A stretch of DNA of 64,000 nucleotides from an archaeon (GTDB taxonomy: Archaea > Micrarchaeota > Micrarchaeia > CAILAH01). Under the pieces are notes generated by a model. The model did no database searches. It was not told where the DNA came from and worked only from the letters and a program-made list of their open reading frames with translations. Positions 37,259-45,545 of the stretch are shown one piece after another. The translations under genes and the position numbers were made by a program. Numbering within the stretch: position 1 is the stretch's first letter; each line of letters starts with the position of its first letter. Where the stretch lies: NCBI GenBank assembly GCA_024274875.1, contig JAJSAH010000009.1, forward strand, positions 8,303-72,302. Direction: 5' to 3'.

Positions 37259-38743
37259 ATGGAATACAATAAATTGTTGTATGTAGCGATATTTCACCCA
37301 AACGAGAGTGTGAGAGTTGCTGCAGGGGAGAGATTGGTTGCTATCGCTGAGCAGAGAGGGGCGTTTGCACTAAAGTTAATATCAGGAAATGAGGACTTGC
37401 ACCAAATAACGCGAATGCAGGCGGGCAAGCTGGCTGTTCAGAAAGCAATCGTTGAAGGCGATTTTGAGTTTGTTCTGTCTCTGTCAAAAAGCAAAGATGT
37501 TCTAAAAGAAGTAGTTGATTACGCAAAGATGCATTTAGAGAGAAGCGCAACTGCATTCTGCGATGCGTGCATGGAAAACAGGCAGTATGGGAAAATAGAA
37601 AGGTGGGCTGCGGATGAATCTGTCCCTGAAAATATTAGATTGAAAATGTGCAACCTGCTCATAGAAGAATATGTTGAATCTGACAATGCAAGCGCGCTCA
37701 TTGAATTAAGCGGAAATGAAGATCTTCCGATGGATGCGAGAGAAAATGCTGGAAAAACTGGAGTTAGGATTATTGCAGAAAAGGGGGATTTAGAATGGTC
37801 CATAGCGTTGTCAAAAAGCCAGGATGTGCCTGAGTGCGTGCGCAAATTTGCAAAAGAAAAGATCAAAAATGCTGTAGAAAACACTGTTAAAAATGCGTTT
37901 GAGCAGGGCGGTTTCTTTCATTTAGAGAGATGGTTGAAAAAAGACCTGTCTCATGATATAAAAGAGAAAATTGGAGATGCGATGATCAATGAATTGATTT
38001 CTTATGGAATTGAGGATTTGATGGTGAAGCTTGCGGGAAATGCAGACCTCAGCGATGTAATAAGGGAGCGCGCTGGAAGGATCGCTGTGGATTATGCATG
38101 CAACAAGAGTGATTTGGAGCAGATGCTTGCAATATCAAACAGCAAAGACCTGAATAAAAATGTCAGAGAATATGCAAAAAAGAAGATTGAAGTTGTTGCT
38201 GTTAGCATTATCGGAAAGTTCATAAATGATAAAGATGGATCGTTGATTGAGAAGTATGCAAGATTTGCAAATGTGCCGGAGCATGTGCGCGTGGCGTTTG
38301 GAACTGCGATAATAGAACATAAGATGGAATGCAGAGACATGTGCGGGTTGATTGAGATAGGGGGAGACCAAGACCTGCCTATGTGTTTAAGAGAACTCGC
38401 CTGCAAAAAGGCATTAGAAATCGCGCATGAGAAAAATGATGTGCTTGCAGTAATAAGGATGATTAAGAGCAGAGATCTGCCTAAATCTGCGCTTGATGCA
38501 TCAGTAAGAATGATGCGAGAGATTGCAAAAAAAGTGCGAAATAAAGAGATCGATGACAATGAGTTGCAAGAGATGTACATTAGATCTGCAGAAACATTTG
38601 CGGCGCGAGCCACAGTGTATGCGTCTGAGTTCGGGCTGGAAGAGGATAAAGGAATCCTGTTGAAACCCGATGCTAAATTTACAAGAAGAAATAAAAATGC
38701 AGCAAATAAGAAAGCAGAGAAGAGTAAAAGGCAAATTTGGTGA
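37259..38743 (+). CDS. HEAT-like (PBS-lyase-type) alpha-solenoid repeat protein: four tandem units of about 109 aa plus a basic tail
   Basis: The motif SGNEDL / SGNEDL / AGNADL / GGDQDL recurs at aa 42, 151, 259 and 368. LS(K/N)S(K/Q)D(V/L) and ERW-type motifs recur at the same period. Confidence 0.7.
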   Translation: MEYNKLLYVAIFHPNESVRVAAGERLVAIAEQRGAFALKLISGNEDLHQITRMQAGKLAVQKAIVEGDFEFVLSLSKSKDVLKEVVDYAKMHLERSATAFCDACMENRQYGKIERWAADESVPENIRLKMCNLLIEEYVESDNASALIELSGNEDLPMDARENAGKTGVRIIAEKGDLEWSIALSKSQDVPECVRKFAKEKIKNAVENTVKNAFEQGGFFHLERWLKKDLSHDIKEKIGDAMINELISYGIEDLMVKLAGNADLSDVIRERAGRIAVDYACNKSDLEQMLAISNSKDLNKNVREYAKKKIEVVAVSIIGKFINDKDGSLIEKYARFANVPEHVRVAFGTAIIEHKMECRDMCGLIEIGGDQDLPMCLRELACKKALEIAHEKNDVLAVIRMIKSRDLPKSALDASVRMMREIAKKVRNKEIDDNELQEMYIRSAETFAARATVYASEFGLEEDKGILLKPDAKFTRRNKNAANKKAEKSKRQIW

Positions 38744-38897
38744 TTAAAAAAACGCATATCAAATTAGCGAAGCAAAGAGTGACATTTATGAAATTTGGAG
38801 CGCGCTAAACACTCATTTAAGTTTTTTCCGTCGGTAAGAGAATGGGTTTTAAAAATCTGACTGTGCAACTATACTCATACACTGTGGGGGTGTATTT

Positions 38898-39134
38898 ATG
38901 AGATGCATTAGCAGGTATGACATAGAAAAGCTTATTCGTAAGAATGCTCCATCTAAAATAAGAATAGATGAGGAGGCCACGGAAGAGCTTGTTTCCATAA
39001 TCGAGGAAAAAGCAGGCGAAATTGTGGAAAAAGCAGTGTTTATTGCGATGACCACAAGAGATAAGAGAAGAAGGAAGACAAAAAAGGTAAAGCTTACTAA
39101 AACAGATATAAATATTGCCGCAGCGGCATTCTAA
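38898..39134 (+). CDS. Histone-fold protein (archaeal histone-like, with a basic insertion in loop 2)
   Basis: It aligns by eye to the HMf-type pattern: IEKLIRKNAPSKIRIDEEATEELVSIIEEKAGEIVEKAVFIAM....RKT.K...K.DINIA. The ATG follows GGGGGTG. Confidence 0.6.
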   Translation: MRCISRYDIEKLIRKNAPSKIRIDEEATEELVSIIEEKAGEIVEKAVFIAMTTRDKRRRKTKKVKLTKTDINIAAAAF

Positions 39135-39187
39135 TTTTTTCATATTACCAATTTTTCTGGTAGCAGGCGCTGTACCATATTGTTAAG

Positions 39188-39268
39188 TTTTGTTGTCTGT
39201 AAAAAGACAATTGAAATAAGAAGAAAAATGCAGTATATTTTGTTGTCTGTAAAAAGACACTTATAAAT
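39188..39268 (+). promoter_or_regulatory. Two identical 22-bp direct repeats, each with an internal inverted repeat, followed by a TATA box upstream of the TrmB-family gene
   Basis: TTTTGTTGTCTGTAAAAAGACA occurs at 39188-39209 and at 39238-39259. The core is the inverted repeat TTGTCT-N6-AGACA. TTATAAAT at 39261-39268 lies about 21 nt upstream of the ATG at 39289. Confidence 0.65.
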
Positions 39269-39288
39269 GTTTGCGCATATGCATAATC

Positions 39289-40011
39289 ATGGGAGGCCAA
39301 TTAGAAGCGCTTAAACAATTAGGATTGAGCGAAGGCGAGGCGAAGGTGTACCTTGCGCTTGCAGACCTTGGAGAAGCCAGCGTTGGAGAGATACAAAAAA
39401 TAGTGAAAATACATAGGACGACAATATACGATTATTTGGAGAAGCTTGCGAACAAGGGATTGGTTTCGCATTCAATACTTAACCGAACAAAGCGATATTT
39501 CCCAACCGATCCAAAAAACATACTTCTGTATGTTAAACACAAGCAAGAGCTTGCGGAACAGGTTATGCGCGAGCTTGCAAGCAAAAATAAGAAAATGCAC
39601 CGGTTGAAAGTTGAGGTACTGAGCGGAAATCAAGGGTTCAGGATGCTTCTTAATGACATACTTCAATCCGGAGAGAAGGAGTTTATAGGGTTCGGCATAG
39701 ATGAAAAGATGTTTATCAGCGCATTCCCTCCGCATTACATCGAAAAATTCTTCAAAAAAGAGATGGAGTTAGGCATAAGAGAGAGAATGATTACATTTGA
39801 GGGAGCGGAATACACTGCAAAGCATAAGCATATACAATACGCATTCCTCCCAAAAAAATATTTCAGCCCAATACCTATTGCGATATATGCGAACAAAATT
39901 GCAATGATAGTGTGGGAACCAAAATCAGTGATATTGATAACTAATGCAGAGCTTGCTGATAGCTACAGAAAATATTTCGAGTTGATGTGGAAAACCTGCA
40001 AAGAAAAATAA
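39289..40011 (+). CDS. TrmB-family transcriptional regulator
   Basis: The N-terminal wHTH is LKQLGLSEGEAKVYLALADLGEASVGEIQKIVKIHRTTIYDYLEKLANKGLV. The start is set at the ATG at 39289, which looks leaderless. The ORF track starts at a TTG at 39271. Confidence 0.8.
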   Translation: MGGQLEALKQLGLSEGEAKVYLALADLGEASVGEIQKIVKIHRTTIYDYLEKLANKGLVSHSILNRTKRYFPTDPKNILLYVKHKQELAEQVMRELASKNKKMHRLKVEVLSGNQGFRMLLNDILQSGEKEFIGFGIDEKMFISAFPPHYIEKFFKKEMELGIRERMITFEGAEYTAKHKHIQYAFLPKKYFSPIPIAIYANKIAMIVWEPKSVILITNAELADSYRKYFELMWKTCKEK

Positions 40012-40015
40012 AGAA

Positions 40016-40339
40016 TTATTTGCGCTCCTTAAAATCGAGATCGAGACCTCCGCCGACACCGAGAAAGATGTTGTAGGCTATCGCTATAACGGCGCCTATG
40101 ATGAATGAGATCGCTGCAAATATAATTGCCCCTATAAATCCGCCTATTAAAACACCTGCGCTTATCATCAGCGCAGATGTAAGTGCAGATGCTGCATCGT
40201 TTGCTGCGGATTCTAAAAATGCAAGCGCGAAAGATAGCGCAGACCACACCAGCGTTGACAGGAGCGTTATTATGAATGTCCATATTGCCAGCAACTTGCC
40301 CAAAGATACAACGCCAATATGCTTAAGAGTAACTTTCAT
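40016..40339 (-). CDS. Small hydrophobic membrane protein
   Basis: Three Gly/Ala-rich hydrophobic helices are present. No motif was recognised. Confidence 0.45.
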   Translation of the reverse strand: MKVTLKHIGVVSLGKLLAIWTFIITLLSTLVWSALSFALAFLESAANDAASALTSALMISAGVLIGGFIGAIIFAAISFIIGAVIAIAYNIFLGVGGGLDLDFKERK

Positions 40340-40347
40340 GAATTCAT

Positions 40348-43104
40348 ATGAGCAACAAATTATATAAAAGTGGAATCGAGCATTTGTTTATAAAATTCAT
40401 ATATGATTCTTATACTATGGGCGGGCTGTATGCGCAGAAGATAAAGGCGGTTGTATACACGCTGGAAAAGAACGAGAATTTTTTGAGAGCCCTGCTCATA
40501 TACATCGCCACATTATCAGTTCTCCTGGCATTTCCCACTTTTCCATTCCTTGCAGTGCCTTTTATCGCGCTCATACCAGCGATTGCCGGCTATTCGCATC
40601 CTGCATTGGGAACAATATTGAGCGTGCTTATCGCAAACATAGCTGTTGCATACCAATCACCCGTGTTGGGATGGATATTTACAGTTGCGCTGAGCATAAC
40701 TTTGGTCGCATCATTCAAGCACTGGTACATAATTTCACTCTTAGAATTGCTAATATTTGCGCCGTTCGCAAAGGGAATTGGGCCGTTTGGGGGCATCATC
40801 ATCCCAGTGATGTTCATATCTGCGTTAAGGCTTGGAGCGAAGAAGAGCCTTATGATAACTTTGCCTGCAGTATACTTGGTGCTCCTGCTGACAGCAATAT
40901 GGGGAGTTGATAACACTGCGTTCCTCAGCGTCAGCCATCCATATTATGAAGGAATGCGCGGTGCCGTTCCTGAGAAATTGCTTGTTCCATCAAAACCTCC
41001 TGCATCAATATTCAACATTGCAGGTGTGATAGGGAAGGCGATTGGAGGGATGTTCAGCGGGGAGGCGCTAATATACATAAACTCTTTGCTTGGATTGACC
41101 GGAAATGCAACGATTACGTTGTTATTTGGAGATGTAGGCCTCATTGAGATTTTATGCGTTGGAATGCTCATGTACGCAGCCTCTTACCTCCCTGGAATTA
41201 TAAGGAATAAGTACGAACAAACAATCTCTTCGTTCGTGTTTTGGCTGTTTATTCCACTCCACTATGCATTTGCAATGCTCACAGGCAATCAATTCAACCC
41301 TTCAATAATTGCGTATGCAGTAGGCACGACTATGCTTATGTACTATCTCGACCTAAAAAAAGTATACATAGCTGGGCAGACGGCCTCTATACTAAGGGAG
41401 AAGGAAAAAAAGTTCGCAAAATTTGGCATACAGGATTTGGGTTTGGCATCGGCAACCAAGCTAAAGGATATTGGAAACTACGAAGATGTTAAAAAAGAGC
41501 TTAAAACAGCAATATTAATGCCTTTAAGAAGAAAAGATATCAGCCTAGCATACGGGATAAAACCCCCTAAGGGAATTTTGCTGTTTGGTCCTCCTGGCAC
41601 TGGAAAAACACTTCTTATGCGCGCATTTGCAAATGAGATGGAGATTGGTTTTTACTATGTTAAGGCATCGCAGCTTTTGTCCCAATATTTTGGTGAATCA
41701 GAAAAGAATGTGAGCAAAATATTTGAGATTGCTCGCAAGAATGCGCCTGCAGTATTGTTTTTTGATGAGATAGACGCGATAGGAAAAAGCAGGGAATATT
41801 CAAGAGGCGATGAAGCGGCTGCGAGAGTGCTGAGCACGCTGCTTGAAGAGATGGATGGATTGAAATCAGATAGCAATGTTCTTGTAGTTGGCGCAACAAA
41901 CCTGCCTCAAGTTCTTGATAAAGCATTGATGAGGCCTGGAAGATTTGATAAGATTGTTTACATGCATCTTCCTGACTTAAAGGGGAGATTGAAGATATTG
42001 AAAATACACATTAAAGGCATGCCCCTTGCTGATGATGTTAACCTTGAAAAAATTGCCAAAAAGCTCGAAAGATACTCAGGTGCAGACATAGCTAATTTGT
42101 GCAAGGAGGTTAAGAGGATTGCTGCAAAAACCGCGATGGAGAGAGAGGAGATTGTGCCAATAACTATGGATGATTTTGAGAATGTCATCAGCAGACTGAA
42201 ACCGAGCACTACAATTTCAATGTTGGATGATTACGAAAGGTTTAGGCTCGATTATGAGCGAAGGATTGGCGAAGAGAAGCAGAAAGTAAAGCGCATAACC
42301 TGGAATGATGTGATTGGGCTTGATGAAGTTCGGAGCATGCTTAAAGAGGCCATAGAGATTCCGCTATTGCATTCCGAATTGCTCGAAAAATATGATGTCA
42401 AGCCAAGCAAGGGGATTTTGATGTTCGGACCGCCCGGATGCGGGAAAACGCTCATCGTTAAAGCAGCCGCAAACGAACTTAACGTTAATGTGATGAGCGT
42501 GAGCGGCGCAGAACTGCTTAAAAGAGGGTATGAGGGGGCTGTCGCAGTAATTAAGGAAACATTCAACAGAGCGAGGGAGAATGCGCCCGCAGTTGTGTTT
42601 ATTGATGAAATTGAGAGCATCGCCCCAAGCAGGGAGTTGTACAGTTCAAAGTATGTTGAAGATGTGGTGACGCAGCTTCTTCAAGAGATGGATGGTATGA
42701 AAGAACTTAAAGGAGTGCTGCTCATCGGCGCCACAAACAAACCTGAAATGTTGGACAAAGCGTTGCTAAGGCCCGGCAGATTGGACAAAATTGTGTTTGT
42801 CCCGCCTCCTTTAAAACCACAACGAGCCAAAATGTTTAAGTTATTCCTTAAGAAAGTGCCAAAAGAATCAGTTGATTATGATACGCTTGCGGAAGCAAGC
42901 GAGGGTTTCACTGGTGCGGATATAAACAGCGTATGCCAAGAAGCAAAATTCATGCTCGTGAGGAAAAGCATTGCTGGAAAAAAGAATGTCAAATTGGAAA
43001 CTGATGATATACTGAAAGTGATACGGAGAAGAAAACCTTCGCTCACCATGGATATGTTAAGAAAATATAAACGATTCCTTGATGAGTATGGTGAAAGGAT
43101 TTGA
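40348..43104 (+). CDS. Membrane-anchored Cdc48/VCP-type double AAA+ ATPase
   Basis: About 350 aa of polytopic hydrophobic N-terminal domain is followed by two AAA modules. D1 has GPPGTGKT, FFDEIDA and pore loop YFG. D2 has GPPGCGKT and FIDEIES. SRH-like segments are VGATN.P..LD.A..RPGR.D. Confidence 0.85.
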   Translation: MSNKLYKSGIEHLFIKFIYDSYTMGGLYAQKIKAVVYTLEKNENFLRALLIYIATLSVLLAFPTFPFLAVPFIALIPAIAGYSHPALGTILSVLIANIAVAYQSPVLGWIFTVALSITLVASFKHWYIISLLELLIFAPFAKGIGPFGGIIIPVMFISALRLGAKKSLMITLPAVYLVLLLTAIWGVDNTAFLSVSHPYYEGMRGAVPEKLLVPSKPPASIFNIAGVIGKAIGGMFSGEALIYINSLLGLTGNATITLLFGDVGLIEILCVGMLMYAASYLPGIIRNKYEQTISSFVFWLFIPLHYAFAMLTGNQFNPSIIAYAVGTTMLMYYLDLKKVYIAGQTASILREKEKKFAKFGIQDLGLASATKLKDIGNYEDVKKELKTAILMPLRRKDISLAYGIKPPKGILLFGPPGTGKTLLMRAFANEMEIGFYYVKASQLLSQYFGESEKNVSKIFEIARKNAPAVLFFDEIDAIGKSREYSRGDEAAARVLSTLLEEMDGLKSDSNVLVVGATNLPQVLDKALMRPGRFDKIVYMHLPDLKGRLKILKIHIKGMPLADDVNLEKIAKKLERYSGADIANLCKEVKRIAAKTAMEREEIVPITMDDFENVISRLKPSTTISMLDDYERFRLDYERRIGEEKQKVKRITWNDVIGLDEVRSMLKEAIEIPLLHSELLEKYDVKPSKGILMFGPPGCGKTLIVKAAANELNVNVMSVSGAELLKRGYEGAVAVIKETFNRARENAPAVVFIDEIESIAPSRELYSSKYVEDVVTQLLQEMDGMKELKGVLLIGATNKPEMLDKALLRPGRLDKIVFVPPPLKPQRAKMFKLFLKKVPKESVDYDTLAEASEGFTGADINSVCQEAKFMLVRKSIAGKKNVKLETDDILKVIRRRKPSLTMDMLRKYKRFLDEYGERI

Positions 43105-43105
43105 G

Positions 43106-44572
43106 TTATCTGCGGCTTTTACGTATGAGTAGGGACCTTACTTTCATCTTCGCATCTATGCTCTGGCACTGATTGAGCAGAGAGCGAAGTATGTTTTCGG
43201 ATATCTTTTTCTTCGGTCCAGTCTTAATTTCATAAGTAGCGCCGTCTTTAACTAAATCAAAGAAGGAGAATTTTCTTCCAGATGTTGCAGAGCTAACTGA
43301 AATCACTTTTGTAGGGTCGACAACGCTGCATACCATATCAAATATGCGGGATTCGGCAGGAAGCTCAATCTCTTTAACTGATTTCCTGCGCACAACCTTA
43401 ACTTTCATTCTGTCTGACCTTATGGCAAATGACATCGATTCAATATCATCAGTGCTGGCGTCTTTCAGAAAATCGCTGAACCTTGAAACAAGAAGCAATT
43501 TATCCTTATTAATTTTCCTGGGTTTGAACAGCGCGTGCGCCCAATCTCCTTTCTCGCATCTCTCAAGCATCTTTCTGGTCTTTATTTGAACCTCAATATA
43601 AATGCCGTTGTACGGAATATCCACATGAATGGATTGGTATCCTGTTTCTCCCCTTGGGTTTTTTATGTAATCGTCCACATCATCATCTGTTAGGCCAAAC
43701 TTCTCCTTGATCATCTCAGCAATGAAATACGCCTCATCAACTGATTCAGTCACAAGCATAAATGCAACGATATCATGAAGCTTCCTTATGTCTTCGGGGC
43801 TCATTTCCCTTGAAACAAGCTTCAATGTTATGCTTCCGGGCGTTTTAATCCTGCTTCTGCAACACGGATCAACCCTTATTCCATGAAGAGAGATGGCTTC
43901 ATTTACTATATCACTGAGCTCCTGGCTGAATGCTCTTTCGTTCTCCATTATTTTATCGTTCAGCGCGCTAAGCTCCTCCAACACCTTTGAATGCAGCTTT
44001 GGATAAAGAACTTTGGATGAATAATCGCGCAGCTTGTTCATTACAGAATTGAGACCAAGCATATCAGCGAACGGCGTGTAAACATAGAGCATTGACTGCG
44101 CAAGATTGTATATCTGTTCATCAGGTCTATGTTTGTTAATGAGAAAATTATTGATCAGCACGCGCTTATCTTCAGGAAGATGCGAAAGATCAACCGTGCG
44201 GAACACTGCGAGAGGAACATTAGTTGATAATATTGAATAATCCTTCCATTGCTCTTTTTTCGACATATCTAAATGCTTCAAATGCATGAATTCCTCAAAC
44301 AACTTTCCAATTTTAGCGCGTATATCATCGGGAAGCATCTTGCTGGACCTGAAATCTTCATGGTATAATGCTAAACGAAGAAGATCGTAAGGGTCAACAT
44401 TAAACATTCCATTATCGTTACTGTCGTTCATTCCAGATGCAAGTTTTAAAAATAAGGATACATTATGCGAAATTATTGTATCAGACACATCTTTCTTTCT
44501 AAGCCATTCGACTGCTTTTTCTTTCATGCGCTTAAGCATCCCGTGCTTTGTCAATGCTTTTTTATATGTCAT
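43106..44572 (-). CDS. RelA/SpoT-homolog-like protein: degenerate HD-like N-terminus, alarmone-synthetase-like nucleotidyltransferase domain and a TGS-like C-terminus
   Basis: Synthetase-like motifs are RIKTPGSITLKL (RxKxxxSxxxK), HDIVAFMLV, and GYQSIHVDI...IYIEVQIKTRKM....GDWAHALFK (GYxSxH...E.QI.T....A..G.AAH..YK). The N-terminus has LLRLALYHEDF where LLHDxxED is usual. The C-terminus resembles TGS, ending DGATYEIKT. Confidence 0.65.
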   Translation of the reverse strand: MTYKKALTKHGMLKRMKEKAVEWLRKKDVSDTIISHNVSLFLKLASGMNDSNDNGMFNVDPYDLLRLALYHEDFRSSKMLPDDIRAKIGKLFEEFMHLKHLDMSKKEQWKDYSILSTNVPLAVFRTVDLSHLPEDKRVLINNFLINKHRPDEQIYNLAQSMLYVYTPFADMLGLNSVMNKLRDYSSKVLYPKLHSKVLEELSALNDKIMENERAFSQELSDIVNEAISLHGIRVDPCCRSRIKTPGSITLKLVSREMSPEDIRKLHDIVAFMLVTESVDEAYFIAEMIKEKFGLTDDDVDDYIKNPRGETGYQSIHVDIPYNGIYIEVQIKTRKMLERCEKGDWAHALFKPRKINKDKLLLVSRFSDFLKDASTDDIESMSFAIRSDRMKVKVVRRKSVKEIELPAESRIFDMVCSVVDPTKVISVSSATSGRKFSFFDLVKDGATYEIKTGPKKKISENILRSLLNQCQSIDAKMKVRSLLIRKSRR

Positions 44573-44585
44573 GATTGATTATATG

Positions 44586-44607
44586 AAAACATATTTAAAT
44601 ATGTTTT
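44586..44607. promoter_or_regulatory. Perfect 22-bp palindrome with a central TATA-like core, in a 49-bp divergent intergenic region
   Basis: AAAACATATTTAAATATGTTTT equals its own reverse complement. Its centre lies about 24-26 nt from both divergent start codons (44572 on the minus strand, 44622 on the plus strand). Confidence 0.6.
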
Positions 44608-44621
44608 GATTAATAACTCTC

Positions 44622-45293
44622 GTGGAATTAAAGTTCATATATGGGGAACCATTGGCAGTGTGGAAAGATTATTTGATCGCAGCGGATCTGCATATAGGAA
44701 AAAGGGGGCTCCCTGATTGGAATGCGCACTCGAAAGTAATTGAAAGAGTAATGGATACTGAGGGGATTTGCAAGCTAATCATCGCAGGAGATATAAAACA
44801 TAAGATTGGCGGCACCGATGGAAAGGTAGGCAAATTTATAAGAGAAATCGGCTCAAAGTATGAATTGCACATAGTAAAAGGCAATCATGATGGTGGGCTG
44901 AATAAATACGCGCAATACGCCAAAATTTATGGGGCTGATGGCGCAGTTTTTGATGGGCTTGGGGTTTTTCACGGGCATGCGTGGCCTTCTAAGGAAGTTT
45001 TGGAGCAGAAAGTTGCAATAATGGGGCATCTTCATCCGCACGCATGCATTGATGATGAAAATGCAGGTTTTGAAAAAGCATACATAATCGGGGAACTGTC
45101 AGCAGATAAACTTAGCAAGAGATATAAGCGCAAATTTAATAGAAATGCAAAAATTGCAGTCATGCCTTCATTCTCAGAGCCATACGCACGCGGCAACACA
45201 TGCTTCGAACGGCTCTCCCCTGTGATGAAAAGAGATATATTTATAAAAACGACAGCTCAAATATATCTGCTTAATGGCATCAGGATTAAGTAG
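44622..45293 (+). CDS. Calcineurin-like metallophosphoesterase (archaeal SbcD/Mre11-related small phosphoesterase type)
   Basis: The motifs ADLHIG, AGDIKH, GNHD, FHGH and MGHLHP occur in canonical order. The start codon is GTG. Confidence 0.75.
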   Translation: MELKFIYGEPLAVWKDYLIAADLHIGKRGLPDWNAHSKVIERVMDTEGICKLIIAGDIKHKIGGTDGKVGKFIREIGSKYELHIVKGNHDGGLNKYAQYAKIYGADGAVFDGLGVFHGHAWPSKEVLEQKVAIMGHLHPHACIDDENAGFEKAYIIGELSADKLSKRYKRKFNRNAKIAVMPSFSEPYARGNTCFERLSPVMKRDIFIKTTAQIYLLNGIRIK

Positions 45294-45305
45294 GAGGTTT
45301 GTGAG

Positions 45306-45545
45306 ATGGGTAAGAAAGGCAGAGGAAGAGACACTTCAGTAACTTGTTCTGCATGCGGTCGAAGCGTGCTGCGCAGCAAAGCTGTGCAGGACAATAGGAG
45401 AGTGAGGTATTCGACTGAGCTGCGCACGGGAGATGACGTAACTTATACTGAGATGAGAAAGGTATACTACTGCATAAGCTGTGCAAAGCACAGGAAGATT
45501 TTTGAGAAAAAAAAGAAAAGGTTTCTTAGCAAATATAATCGATGA
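45306..45545 (+). CDS. rps26e: 30S ribosomal protein S26e
   Basis: KKGRGR..V.C..CGR.V...KAV and YYCISCAKHRKI resemble the eS26 pattern (KGRGH...C..C...VPKDKA...YCVSCAIH). A strong AGGAGGT precedes the ATG. Confidence 0.7.
   Translation: MGKKGRGRDTSVTCSACGRSVLRSKAVQDNRRVRYSTELRTGDDVTYTEMRKVYYCISCAKHRKIFEKKKKRFLSKYNR

Noticed and set aside
39188-39259. Possible CRISPR array or other repeat array
   Set aside because: Only two copies of a 22-bp repeat are present, with a 28-bp spacer, and they sit directly on a promoter. There are no cas genes. The repeats are better explained as operator sites. I noticed no other repeat-spacer structure in the window.
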